Shown piece by piece: positions 1 through 9,409 of a DNA stretch of 53,017 nt. The DNA comes from a bacterium (GTDB lineage Bacteria; Auribacterota; UBA3054), in contig JAGCGH010000032.1 in assembly GCA_017649705.1 (NCBI GenBank), positions 1 to 53,017 on the forward strand, in the 5' to 3' direction. The translations under genes were made by a program, and so were the position numbers. Under the pieces are notes generated by a model. The model was not told the origin of the DNA. It ran no database searches and saw only the letters and a program-made list of their open reading frames with translations. How positions within the stretch are numbered: position 1 is the stretch's first letter; every line of letters begins with the position of its first letter.

Positions 1-405
1 CTCTAGCAGCTCACGGAAGATCCCTGGGATCACATCTACGATCATTACCGCGAAGGCGACATCGTCACCGGCAAGATCACGAACCTTACCACCTTCGGCG
101 CCTTCATTCAGCTTGACACCGACATCGAAGGCCTCATCCACATTTCCGAGCTGAGCCAGAATCAGGTCCAGAACGTGAAGGAAGTGGTGCAGGTCGGACA
201 GGAAGTCACCGGCAAGATCGTCAGGATCGACCCCACTGACCGCAAGATCGCCGTCAGCCTGAAGGAATACGAGCGCGAGACCGCTCCGGCCCCCGAACCC
301 GAAGAGCAGCCCGCCGAGGAAGAAGCTCCCGTCAGCAACGAGCCCAAGGAGCCCTTCACCTCCGGCATCGACCTGAACGCCGTCATCCAGCGCAAGGACA
401 AGTAA
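1..405 (+). CDS. rpsA: 30S ribosomal protein S1, 3' partial
   Basis: Frame 1 reads QLTEDPW..EGDIVTGKITNLTTFGAFIQLDTDIEGLIHISEL..VGQEVTGKIVRIDPTDRKIAVSLK, a canonical S1 repeat with an acidic tail. A TAG at 4-6 sits where AAG (K) is expected, at the window edge. Confidence 0.9.
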
Positions 406-440
406 GCCTCTTCCGGCCGTATTTTCAGGGGAAAGCAGCC

Positions 441-469
441 TTGACTTTTAGAAGTCAAATCACTATAAT
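441..469 (+). promoter_or_regulatory. sigma70 promoter of tRNA-Asp
   Basis: TTGACT(441-446)-17 bp-TATAAT(464-469), 24 nt upstream of the tRNA. Confidence 0.85.
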
Positions 470-493
470 CTTTCCCACATACTGAGAAAACGC

Positions 494-570
494 GCGGGAG
501 TAGCTCAACTGGTTAGAGCGCCGCCCTGTCACGGCGGAGGTTGCGAGTTCAAGTCTCGTCTCTCGCGCCA
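494..570 (+). tRNA. tRNA-Asp(GTC)
   Basis: Acceptor stem GCGGGAG/CTCTCGC, anticodon arm CCGCC-CTGTCAC-GGCGG, T-loop TTCAAGT, encoded CCA; 77 nt. Confidence 0.97.
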
Positions 571-577
571 CTCATTT

Positions 578-607
578 AAAAAGCCCTCCATTTCGGAGGG
601 CTTTTTT
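578..607 (+). terminator. Rho-independent terminator after tRNA-Asp
   Basis: AAAAAGCCCTCC-ATTTC-GGAGGGCTTTTTT. Confidence 0.9.
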
Positions 608-707
608 GTTTTCAGGCCCGGCTTTTTCCGCGGGCGGAAGGGGCCCGCGGGAAGGGGGCTGCCGTATTCGGCGCCGTCCGGGGTAAAAAACAGTATAATA
701 AAAAGAT

Positions 708-2084
708 ATGAACAAACTTTTATTTATACTCGCGCTTTGCGCGCTGACGGCGGGATTTTTCTTTCCCATAAGGCGCGCTTTCTCCCCCAAGGGCGGCCTG
801 TCCGCCTGCACGCAGGAATCGGGGATCTTTATGGGCAACTTCTCGCTGAAGGAGGAGTTTTCCACCAACCTTACCGCCGCTTTCTCCGTGCCCTGGGGAC
901 TTACGCTGGCCGTGGCGGCGCCCTCGGGCATTCCCAAGGAGGGCGAGCTTTGGGTGAGAGTCACCGAGCCGGAGACTCAGGAGCTCTGCCTGGAGCGCCT
1001 GGTGGCCTTCAGGGACGCGGCGGCGGTCAAAGCCTTCGGATCCGAACCGGCTTTGGGCCTGCCCTTCACCTTCATCTTGGACAGCGAGGAAGAGATCAAA
1101 AAGATCGACGTGACCAAGGGACCGTTTTTCATCTCGGAGGGACAGAAGGGCGTTTTCCCCGGAAAGGCCTACGCTTGGGAGATCGGATTGAGAAGCCCCG
1201 GGGCGGAGTTCGAGGGATCCCTTTGGCTGGTGGCTAAGGAAGCGGGGGCCCGCAGCGCCTTTTTGGGACGCTACACCCAGATCTTGTCCGGGCTTTACGC
1301 TTTCTTCTTCGCCCTGATCATTGTGTCGCTCGTTTGGCTCTGGCACAGCGGATCCCTTTACCGCTTCGTCAGGGAAAAGCTGGCGGCGGTAGTTTTGATC
1401 TTGGTTTTCGGCTCTCTTTCCGCTTTCGGCGAGAAGCAGAACCCGACTTTGACTTTCGCCACCCCGGAGAGCGATCTGGTGGAAACGCTGGAAGTCATGA
1501 CGCCGCCTTTATCCTCCGGCACGCTTTTGAAAAACGGCGGAGATCGGATCTTCTCCAAGGGGCAGATGCGCATCGTCATAAAGGAAGGCGCGGCCTGGAA
1601 CACGCTGCCTCTCTCGGGCAACTGCAGCCTTTCCTTTTGCTTTTTGGATTCCCTGAACAAAGGCGAAGCTTACGCCCGCCCCAGGGAGAGATGCCAGGTC
1701 TCGGCCTTGGGAAGCGTCTCCCTGGAGGAGAGCTCTTTCCTTGAGCTGACCAGGCATCTCGGGCCGCCGGAATTGGTCGGCACGGGCAGCTGCTCCTTCG
1801 CCTCCTGGACCTTCACGGACGGCAGCTCGCTTTTCGCGGCCTACGACGGCGACGATTGCTACCGCCTGGAAAGGCAGCCCGGGACTCCGGAACATTACCT
1901 CGACCTGAGGCGCTACGGCGGACCAAGCCCCGAATGGGCCAAGTGGCCCTGGCGCTTTTTCCATCTCGGCATGCTGCTGTTCCTGCTTTTGTGCGCCTGC
2001 GCGCTGATGGCCAGGGCGTACGTTTACACCCGGGGCGCCGGAAAGTGCCTGCGCGCCGTCAAAAAAGCCTCCGGGGAGGAATGA
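708..2084 (+). CDS. hypothetical membrane protein, 458 aa
   Basis: N-terminal hydrophobic segment, two central and one C-terminal TM-like segments; TATAAT at 694-699; abuts the next gene. Confidence 0.7.
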   Translation: MNKLLFILALCALTAGFFFPIRRAFSPKGGLSACTQESGIFMGNFSLKEEFSTNLTAAFSVPWGLTLAVAAPSGIPKEGELWVRVTEPETQELCLERLVAFRDAAAVKAFGSEPALGLPFTFILDSEEEIKKIDVTKGPFFISEGQKGVFPGKAYAWEIGLRSPGAEFEGSLWLVAKEAGARSAFLGRYTQILSGLYAFFFALIIVSLVWLWHSGSLYRFVREKLAAVVLILVFGSLSAFGEKQNPTLTFATPESDLVETLEVMTPPLSSGTLLKNGGDRIFSKGQMRIVIKEGAAWNTLPLSGNCSLSFCFLDSLNKGEAYARPRERCQVSALGSVSLEESSFLELTRHLGPPELVGTGSCSFASWTFTDGSSLFAAYDGDDCYRLERQPGTPEHYLDLRRYGGPSPEWAKWPWRFFHLGMLLFLLLCACALMARAYVYTRGAGKCLRAVKKASGEE

Positions 2085-2726
2085 ATGAGCGTTGAAAGGA
2101 AGGCAACCAAAGGCGAGATCATCGCCAACGTCGCCACCCACGCCGTGGGCTCCCTTCTGGCCGTGGCGGGGCTGGTGCTTCTGGTGGTCTTCTCTTCCTT
2201 TCACGGCACGGCGAGGCACATAGTCAGCTGCTCCATTTACGGGGCGACCTTGTGGCTGATGTTCGTGATGTCCACCATCTACCATTCGCTTCCGGGCGGC
2301 ACGGCCAAGAAGACGCTCAGGATCTTCGACCACTGCGCCATCTATCTGGTCATTGCCGGCACCTACACGCCCTTCACCCTGACGGTCCTGCCTCCGGGCT
2401 GGGGCTGGTCTATTTTCGGCGTGGTATGGGGGCTGGCCATCCTGGGCATCGTGCAGAAAATATTTTTCATCAACCGCTGGCCGCTTCTCTCCACCGTGCT
2501 TTACATCCTGATGGGCTGGATCATCGTCATCGCCGCCAAGCCCATGTTCGACCGCCTGCCCGCGGGCGGCATCGCTTTCCTGGTGGCCGGAGGCGTGGCC
2601 TACACCCTGGGCGCCATCTTTTACATTTTCGACGACAGGCCGTATCTGCACGCCGTGTGGCACGTTTTCGTGCTGGTGGGCGCGGTCTGCCAGTATCTGA
2701 GCATCTTTTTATTCGTGATCCCCTGA
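2085..2726 (+). CDS. hemolysin III / PAQR-family membrane protein (TrhA/YqfA-like)
   Basis: EIIANVATH, STIYH, DHCAIYLVIAGTYTP and HAVWHVFVL motifs. Confidence 0.93.
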   Translation: MSVERKATKGEIIANVATHAVGSLLAVAGLVLLVVFSSFHGTARHIVSCSIYGATLWLMFVMSTIYHSLPGGTAKKTLRIFDHCAIYLVIAGTYTPFTLTVLPPGWGWSIFGVVWGLAILGIVQKIFFINRWPLLSTVLYILMGWIIVIAAKPMFDRLPAGGIAFLVAGGVAYTLGAIFYIFDDRPYLHAVWHVFVLVGAVCQYLSIFLFVIP

Positions 2727-2733
2727 TTTTTTC

Positions 2734-4056
2734 ATGAGCGCGGAAGGCAGAACTTTTCATTGGAAGACCCTCTTTTATTTGGGGCTCGCCGGGCTCTTGG
2801 CTTTCCTGGCCGGGATCCTTCTGAGTTTTGTTTTCCTCACCGCGGTGGCCAGGGAACTGGAGTCCGGCTACGCCGCCACAGCCGCCACTTGGGCCAAGGC
2901 CTGCCAGCACGAGATGACCACCAGGGGGGAACTTGGGCTTTTGCAGCAGGAGATGGAGATAAACGGAGCCAGCCTCCAAAGGCAGGGGATAACCTTCGTG
3001 GAAGTCGTTTCCCTGAGCGGGCTGGTGCTTCTGCACAGCGACGAGGACATGCTGGGCGAGACGGTGCCCCTGACCCTCAGCCAAAGCGGCGCCCTGAAGG
3101 GCGAGAGTTTCAGGAAGATCGCCGGCAGCGGGGACCAGACCAGGATCATGATAACCACCCCGCTTGTAAACTACGACCAGATCTGGGGCGCGCTGACAAT
3201 AAGCCTGAAGCCGAGGAAGGAGCACATCTGGCCCCTGAGGGCCGGCATGATAAAAAGAAGCAGCGTCCTATGGCTGCTCTCGGCGGACATCCTGCTTTTC
3301 CTTTTCTGCCTTTACATGACCGCCGCAAGTTCCAGGAACGCCAGGAACGATCTGATCAGGCGGGAAAACGATCTCAGGAAGCGGGAGCTGGCGGCGGTCA
3401 GCGCCGGCTTGGCCCACGAAGTCAAAAACTCCCTGAACGGCATCACGCTGAACGCCCAGCTCCTGAAGGAGAGCCTTAAGGAAAGCGGCGCCCGGGAGAG
3501 CCAGGTAAGAAAGTTGGAAAGGATCGAAAAGGAAGCCCTGTCTTCCGGGGAGATGCTGGCGGCGTTTTTGAATTACGCGGGGCAGTCGAATTTCGTCCGG
3601 AAGGAAATGAACCTCGCGGCCCTCATAAACGAGCTGGGCCAGTTTTTCCAGGAGGCCGGCGGCAAGGATTCCGTGGAGGTCGCCTTCTCCGCCGGGGAGA
3701 ACCTAAGGAGCGTCATGGCCTGCGAGAACAGTTTGCGCCACGCTCTCACCAACCTTATGTGGAACGCCCTGGAGGCCGTGAAGGGCCGCGTCGGCGCGAA
3801 GGTGGAGCTGACGGCCGTCCAGAAAGGCGGCGAGATAGTAATAAGCGTCCGGGACAACGGTCCGGGGATCCCCCGTGACCTGAGGGGAAAAATCTTCGAG
3901 GCCTTTTACACCACCAAGAAAAGCGGCGCCGGCTTGGGTCTCGCGGTGGCGAAAAAAGCCGCACTGGAGCACGGCGGCCGGCTGGAGCTCGCGGAAACGA
4001 AGGAAGGCTGCCAATTTGTCCTTAGCTTTCCCTATGAGACGGAAGAAAGAAAATGA
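2734..4056 (+). CDS. membrane sensor histidine kinase
   Basis: Two TM segments; H-box AGLAHEVKNSL, N-box LTNLMWNALEA, G1 DNGPGI, G2 GAGLGL. Confidence 0.93.
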   Translation: MSAEGRTFHWKTLFYLGLAGLLAFLAGILLSFVFLTAVARELESGYAATAATWAKACQHEMTTRGELGLLQQEMEINGASLQRQGITFVEVVSLSGLVLLHSDEDMLGETVPLTLSQSGALKGESFRKIAGSGDQTRIMITTPLVNYDQIWGALTISLKPRKEHIWPLRAGMIKRSSVLWLLSADILLFLFCLYMTAASSRNARNDLIRRENDLRKRELAAVSAGLAHEVKNSLNGITLNAQLLKESLKESGARESQVRKLERIEKEALSSGEMLAAFLNYAGQSNFVRKEMNLAALINELGQFFQEAGGKDSVEVAFSAGENLRSVMACENSLRHALTNLMWNALEAVKGRVGAKVELTAVQKGGEIVISVRDNGPGIPRDLRGKIFEAFYTTKKSGAGLGLAVAKKAALEHGGRLELAETKEGCQFVLSFPYETEERK

Positions 4057-5435
4057 ATAAGGAAAAACATCTCATCCTGATAGCGGAGGACGAGGACATC
4101 GTCCGGGAAACGCTGGCCGAGGAATTCGGCGACCGGGGCTTCGAAGTCCTGGAAGCCTCCGACGGTCTGCAGGCTTTGAAGCTGGCCCGGGAGAAAGACC
4201 CAGACCTGCTTCTGACGGATCTGAAAATGCCCGGGCTGGACGGCATGGAGCTGGTGGAGAAACTCGCCCAGGAGCTTCCCATAATCTTGATGACGGCCTA
4301 CGGCACGGTCTCCAACGCGGTCCTGGCCATGGAAAGGGGCGCCTTTTCCTTCGTGGAAAAACCCATAGACTGGCAGCATCTTTTCGCTTTGGTGGAAAAG
4401 GCCCTGCAGCACGGGGCCCTGAAGCGGGAGAACAAGGATCTCCTAGAGCGGGTGGAAAGATCCGCCTTCGGAAACATCATCGGAGAATCGGCGGTTATGA
4501 AGGAGGTCTTTTCCAAGATCCGCCAGGTGGCCGCTTCCGACGCCGCGGTATTGGTGACCGGGGAAAGCGGCACCGGCAAAGAGCTGGTCGTTTCCGCCAT
4601 CCAGTCCCTCAGCCCCAGGGCCAACAAGCCCTTCATCAAACTCAACTGCGCGGCCATTCCGGAAAATCTTTTGGAGAGCGAGCTCTTCGGACATGAGAAG
4701 GGCGCCTTTACCGGCGCCGAGCAGCAGCGCAAGGGAAAATTCGAGCTGGCCGACGGTGGCACGCTTTTCATGGACGAGATCGCGGAGATGAAGCCCGCCC
4801 TTCAGGCCAAGCTGCTCAGGGTCCTTCAGGACGGGGAATTCACCAGGCTCGGGGGCTCCAAGCCCATAAGGACTGACGTCAGGATCCTCTGCGCCACCAA
4901 CGCGGACATCAGGGAGCGGATAAAGGAAGGCTTGTTCCGCTCAGACCTCTACTACAGGATCGGCGTTTTTTCCATCGAGCTTCCGCCCCTCAGGGAAAGG
5001 AAGAACGATATAGTCATCCTAGCGGAGCACTTCCTGAAAAGTTCTTCGGACAGTTATTCCAAAAAGCTTAAAGGCTTTTCCAGAGAAGCGCTGGCGGCGC
5101 TCATGGAATACGACTGGCCCGGCAACGTAAGGCAGCTGAAGAACGCCGTGGAATACGCCACGCTGATGGCGGCCCCTTCCGGGGAGATAACCCTCGATTG
5201 CCTGCCGGAGGACGTAAGATCAACTGCGGGATCCGGCGCGCCCCAAAAGAAAGACGAAGAAACATTGAGAGCGCCGGAATGGGAGACTCCCTTGTCGCTT
5301 AAGGAAATGGAGAAGAAAGCCATCGAGGCGGCGCTGAAGCGCCACAACGGCAACAAGGCCGCGGCCGCCAAGGAGCTGGGCATCGGATTGAAGACCATCT
5401 ACCGCAAGGTGGAGGAATACAAGATAGAAGGATGA
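4053..5435 (+). CDS. sigma54-dependent NtrC/AtoC-family response regulator
   Basis: REC domain (EDE, DLKMPG), Walker A GESGTGKE, GAFTGA loop, WPGNVRQL, C-terminal Fis-type HTH. Confidence 0.96.
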   Translation: MNKEKHLILIAEDEDIVRETLAEEFGDRGFEVLEASDGLQALKLAREKDPDLLLTDLKMPGLDGMELVEKLAQELPIILMTAYGTVSNAVLAMERGAFSFVEKPIDWQHLFALVEKALQHGALKRENKDLLERVERSAFGNIIGESAVMKEVFSKIRQVAASDAAVLVTGESGTGKELVVSAIQSLSPRANKPFIKLNCAAIPENLLESELFGHEKGAFTGAEQQRKGKFELADGGTLFMDEIAEMKPALQAKLLRVLQDGEFTRLGGSKPIRTDVRILCATNADIRERIKEGLFRSDLYYRIGVFSIELPPLRERKNDIVILAEHFLKSSSDSYSKKLKGFSREALAALMEYDWPGNVRQLKNAVEYATLMAAPSGEITLDCLPEDVRSTAGSGAPQKKDEETLRAPEWETPLSLKEMEKKAIEAALKRHNGNKAAAAKELGIGLKTIYRKVEEYKIEG

Positions 5436-5439
5436 AATT

Positions 5440-6243
5440 ATGACGACTTATTGGGTCCACGATCTTGATCCCGTGCTGCTGCACATAGGCCCCCTGGCCA
5501 TCCGCTGGTACGGCGTGATGTACGTTCTGGGGCTTTTCATCGCGGTCTGGTGGCTGGGGAAAAGGCAGGAGAAAGGCCTTTTCGCCCTGCCCAAAAAGGA
5601 GACCATCCAGGAGATGGCCTTCTACGGCTTCCTGGGGATCCTCATAGGCGGCCGGCTCGGCAACTGCTTCTTGTACAACGCGCCTTATTTCCTCACCCAT
5701 CCCCTTGACATCATAAAAGTCTGGGAGGGCGGCATGAGCTTTCACGGCGGCATGGTGGGCGCGGCGGTGGGCCTTTATCTTTGCTCCCGCAAGATCAAAG
5801 TGCCCTTCATGCACCTACTGGACAACACGGCCGTCGTCAGCACGGTTGGTCTGGGGCTGGGAAGGCTGGCCAATTTCATCAACGGCGAACTGCACGGCAA
5901 GGTGACGGAGGTCAGGTGGGCCGTCATTTTCCCCCAGGTGGACAACCTGCCCAGGCATCCGGTGCAGCTTTACCAGGCTTTCACCGACGGCGTGGTCTTG
6001 CTTATAATCATGTTTTTATTCTCCCGCAAGCCCAGAAGAAACGGTTTTCTGAGCGGCGTCTTCGGAGTGTCCTACGGAATACTGCGCATATTGACCGAGC
6101 CCTTCCGGGCGGAGGACAAAGTTTTGGCGGGCTTTTTTGGCCTGACGAAAGGGCAGATCTACAGCGTCCTGACTTTGCTCGCGGGGATCGCGCTCCTTGT
6201 TTGGAGCGCCGGGCAGCCTGTCATAAAGAGGGAAGAGGAGTAG
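5440..6243 (+). CDS. lgt: prolipoprotein diacylglyceryl transferase
   Basis: IRWYG, GGRLG, GGMSFHGG, GRLANFINGE and HPVQLY motifs. Confidence 0.97.
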   Translation: MTTYWVHDLDPVLLHIGPLAIRWYGVMYVLGLFIAVWWLGKRQEKGLFALPKKETIQEMAFYGFLGILIGGRLGNCFLYNAPYFLTHPLDIIKVWEGGMSFHGGMVGAAVGLYLCSRKIKVPFMHLLDNTAVVSTVGLGLGRLANFINGELHGKVTEVRWAVIFPQVDNLPRHPVQLYQAFTDGVVLLIIMFLFSRKPRRNGFLSGVFGVSYGILRILTEPFRAEDKVLAGFFGLTKGQIYSVLTLLAGIALLVWSAGQPVIKREEE

Positions 6244-7785
6244 ATGAGTTTCGTACTTCCCATATCCGCCGCCTTAAGCGCCCTGCTGCTCGTTCTGTCT
6301 TTCCCGAAGTTCGATCTTTTCTTTTTGGCGCCGGTGGCTTTCGCGCCTTTCTTTTGCGCGCTTCTGAAAAGGCGGGGGCGCTCCTTTAGGGAAGGCTGGA
6401 TCGGGGAGGCCTTGTCCGCTTTCCTCCTTTGCTTCCTTTGGTACACGGGCTGCGTCTGGTGGATCTCATATGTTACATTGGCCGGCATGCTGGCCCTGTG
6501 CGCCTTCATCGCTTTTCTTTTCGCGCTGTTCATCCTCGGCGCCATGTTCCTTCTTCGAAAAGGCTATCCCATGGCGCCGGCCCTGGCTTTGGGGTATCTT
6601 TTCTTCGAACTGACCGTCTCCTATCTTTTCACCGGCTTTCCCTGGCTGGCCCTGGGGTACGCCTTTTACGACCGGCCGGTGCTTATACAGGCCGCCGATA
6701 TATTCGGACCGCATTTTCTGAGTTTCGCCCTGGTATTCGTTTCCGGAGCCGTGGCTGAGCTGGCGGTCGGGGAAAAGAAAACCAGGTTCGTTCCCCTGGC
6801 GGCCTCCGCCCTGCTTTGGCTCGCCATCGCCCTGTACGGCTCATTTATGATCCGCTCCCTCGGCAAAGAGAAGCCTCTGAAAACATTCCGCGCTTCCATG
6901 GTCCAGCTGAACCTTCCCCCGGAGCTGAAGCACGACGAGACAAGGGACGAGCAGACGCTTAAAGATTATATGGAGGCCACCAGGGCAGCCGCCGGGAAAG
7001 CGGACATAGTCCTCTGGCCCGAGACCGGAGTCCCGGGTATCTACAACGACTACGCCAACCCCGCGGTGGACAAGCTCCGCGCTTTCCGCCGGGAGGTCAA
7101 GACGCCCGTTTTGTGCGGGCTCACCTGGGCGGAAAAGGACAATGGCGGAAAAATAAATTTCTTCAACGCCGCGGCGCTCCTCGACAATTCGGCCATGCTG
7201 CCTCAGGAGCGCTATTACAAAAAGCATCTGGTGATCTTCGGGGAATACGTCCCCTTGGAGCGCTTTCTGCCTTTCCTGCATCTTCTGACGCCCATATCCG
7301 GCAGCTATTCGCCGGGCGAGCGCTCCCACGTGCTGAACTTGAAAAAAGACAGGGAGACGGTGAAGCTCGGCGCGCTCATCTGCTTCGAGGACGTCTTTCC
7401 GTCCCTGGCAAGGGAGGCCGCGGAGGAAGGCGCGGAAGTGTTGGTCAACATCACCAACGACGGCTGGTTCTTCGATTCGCCCGGCCCTTACCAGCACGCC
7501 GCCCTGGCCCGCTTCCGGGCGGTGGAGAACAGAAAGGAGCTGCTTAGATCCTCCAATACAGGAGTGACGGCGCTGGTGGACCGCCTGGGAAGGGAAAAGG
7601 GGCGCTTCATAGTCGACGGAAAAAGCGTCATGGTGGGCGGAACTTTCGACTGCGAGGCGGAAGTCTTTCCATCGCGCAAAACTTTCTACACCGCCTGGGG
7701 CGACAAGAGCGTCGCGCTCCTTGGGATCGTGGCGCTTTTAGTTTTCGCGCTTCCCGCTTTTGCCGGGAAGGATATGGTAAAATAA
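6244..7785 (+). CDS. lnt: apolipoprotein N-acyltransferase
   Basis: TM N-half with GFPW; nitrilase-fold triad WPE, YKKHLVIFGEYVP, ICFE; NITNDGWF. Confidence 0.96.
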   Translation: MSFVLPISAALSALLLVLSFPKFDLFFLAPVAFAPFFCALLKRRGRSFREGWIGEALSAFLLCFLWYTGCVWWISYVTLAGMLALCAFIAFLFALFILGAMFLLRKGYPMAPALALGYLFFELTVSYLFTGFPWLALGYAFYDRPVLIQAADIFGPHFLSFALVFVSGAVAELAVGEKKTRFVPLAASALLWLAIALYGSFMIRSLGKEKPLKTFRASMVQLNLPPELKHDETRDEQTLKDYMEATRAAAGKADIVLWPETGVPGIYNDYANPAVDKLRAFRREVKTPVLCGLTWAEKDNGGKINFFNAAALLDNSAMLPQERYYKKHLVIFGEYVPLERFLPFLHLLTPISGSYSPGERSHVLNLKKDRETVKLGALICFEDVFPSLAREAAEEGAEVLVNITNDGWFFDSPGPYQHAALARFRAVENRKELLRSSNTGVTALVDRLGREKGRFIVDGKSVMVGGTFDCEAEVFPSRKTFYTAWGDKSVALLGIVALLVFALPAFAGKDMVK

Positions 7786-7841
7786 TAAATCACAGATTCA
7801 GAGTTAGTTTTATTTAGAGCTTTTTATCCGGAGCAGTAATT

Positions 7842-8672
7842 TTGAAAAACAATCTGAAAAACAAAATGAAAGACAAGGTCAAGGGCAAGATCCATATCCT
7901 GCCTAACCTTGTCACCGCCTGCAATCTGGTCATGGGCGTCAACGCCATCATGCTCTCCCTTTCCGCCCTGGCCGCCAACGATCTGAGCCCCAAGCGCCTT
8001 ACCAAGGCCGCCATGTGCGTTTTTCTGGGCATGATCTTCGACGTCTTCGACGGTTTCGTGGCGAGATTGACCAAGACCTCCAGCCGCTTCGGCATGGAGC
8101 TGGACTCCCTGGCGGATCTGGTGACATTCGGCGTAGCCCCCGCGGTTCTGATGTACGTTTTCGTCCTGCAGGGCATTCCTGATCCCGTTAAGAAACTGGC
8201 CATTCCCTGCTGTATGGTCTATGCCTGCTGCGCCGCCCTGAGATTGGCCCGCTTCAACGCCCAGATAGAGGACGAGGGCAAGACTTTTTCCGGCATACCG
8301 ACTCCGGAGGCCGCGGGCGTCATTATTTCGTACCTTCTTTTGATCTCCCACGGTTACCTTGATCCCGACGCCAACTACGTCCTGAGCCTGGCGCACAATT
8401 TCCTGACGCCCTTCGCCATGGTGGGACTTGGTCTTCTGATGGTGGCCACCGTGCGCTTCCCGGCCCCCGCCAAGCAGATCGTCTGGCAAAGGCACCCCTT
8501 CGTTTATCTTGTCTTGATCGTTTTCCTTCTGGTGGCCTTGCTGTACCGCCCCGGCCTTGTTCTGCCTTTCATCTTCGTGGGATATCTTGTGTACGGCCTG
8601 CTGCAGGCTGCCCGGCGCGCGCTTTTCCCGCCCAAACAGAAAGAAAACGAACCGGACAGCAGAGAGGAATAA
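7842..8672 (+). CDS. pssA: CDP-diacylglycerol--serine O-phosphatidyltransferase
   Basis: LPNLVT, DVFDGFVAR..SRFGMELDSLADLVTFGVAP, LRLARFN, FSGIPTP; TTG start with GGAG (alternative ATG at 7866). Confidence 0.92.
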   Translation: MKNNLKNKMKDKVKGKIHILPNLVTACNLVMGVNAIMLSLSALAANDLSPKRLTKAAMCVFLGMIFDVFDGFVARLTKTSSRFGMELDSLADLVTFGVAPAVLMYVFVLQGIPDPVKKLAIPCCMVYACCAALRLARFNAQIEDEGKTFSGIPTPEAAGVIISYLLLISHGYLDPDANYVLSLAHNFLTPFAMVGLGLLMVATVRFPAPAKQIVWQRHPFVYLVLIVFLLVALLYRPGLVLPFIFVGYLVYGLLQAARRALFPPKQKENEPDSREE

Positions 8673-9409
8673 TGGCCCGGGAGCAGAATGAGGTTCAGGG
8701 AATAATCCCCGTCGACAAGCCGAAGGACTGGACTTCCCACGACGTCATAGCCAAATTAAGGGGCGCCTTCAGGATAAAAAAGATCGGACACTCCGGGACC
8801 CTGGACCCGATGGCGACGGGACTTCTGGCGGTCCTTTGCGGCAGGAGCACGAAGCTCTCCGACGCGCTGATGGCCTCCCAAAAGACATACGAGATGACGG
8901 TCCGTTTCGGCCTTGAGACCAACACCCAGGACATAACCGGCGAGGTCGTGAAGGAAAGCCCTCTTCCGGAAGACTTCGGGATCGAGGCGGTTTCGAAGAT
9001 CCTCCCGGAATTCAGAGGGGAGATAGAGCAGCTGCCGCCCATGTTCTCCGCCCTCAAGGTGAAGGGGAAAAAACTTTACGACATAGCGAGGAGAGGGCAG
9101 GAAGTCGAAAGGGAAAAGCGCCCGGTCACGATCTACGGGCTGGAGCTCCTGGCTCTTGAAGGAGACACGGCGAGATTCCGCTGCGTCTGCTCCAAGGGGA
9201 CTTACGTCAGGACTCTTGCCCACGACATCGGGCAAAAGCTTGGCTGCGGCGCGGCCCTCACCGAACTCAGAAGGACCAGCGGCAGTTTCCTCTCCATAGA
9301 GGAAGCCAAAAGCCTCGAGGAGGTTTTGAGCTGGGACTTGGAAAGACTGAGAGCGGAAGCGGAGAAGAATCTGGAAAAAGTAACCACGGCATTAAACGGC
9401 AATGCTTAG
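8672..9409 (+). CDS. truB: tRNA pseudouridine(55) synthase, short form apparently without PUA domain
   Basis: DKPKDWTSHD, GHSGTLDPMATG, PPMFSALKVKGKKLY, SKGTYVRTL. Confidence 0.96.
   Translation: MAREQNEVQGIIPVDKPKDWTSHDVIAKLRGAFRIKKIGHSGTLDPMATGLLAVLCGRSTKLSDALMASQKTYEMTVRFGLETNTQDITGEVVKESPLPEDFGIEAVSKILPEFRGEIEQLPPMFSALKVKGKKLYDIARRGQEVEREKRPVTIYGLELLALEGDTARFRCVCSKGTYVRTLAHDIGQKLGCGAALTELRRTSGSFLSIEEAKSLEEVLSWDLERLRAEAEKNLEKVTTALNGNA

Noticed and set aside
4-6. In-frame TAG in rpsA (LKQL expected), suggesting amber recoding or a pseudogene
   Set aside because: One base from AAG and at the very edge of the window. TAG acts as a normal stop for lgt, truB and the 17460 gene, and no long gene has an internal TAG. 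Most likely an edge error; read pileup would settle it.
494-570. tRNAs (Asp, Arg, Gly) as integration sites
   Set aside because: No duplicated tRNA 3' ends or adjacent integrase seen; each tRNA is followed directly by its terminator.
7842-7889. Four degenerate 12-nt repeats at the pssA start
   Set aside because: Short Lys-rich low-complexity N-terminus with no evidence of function.
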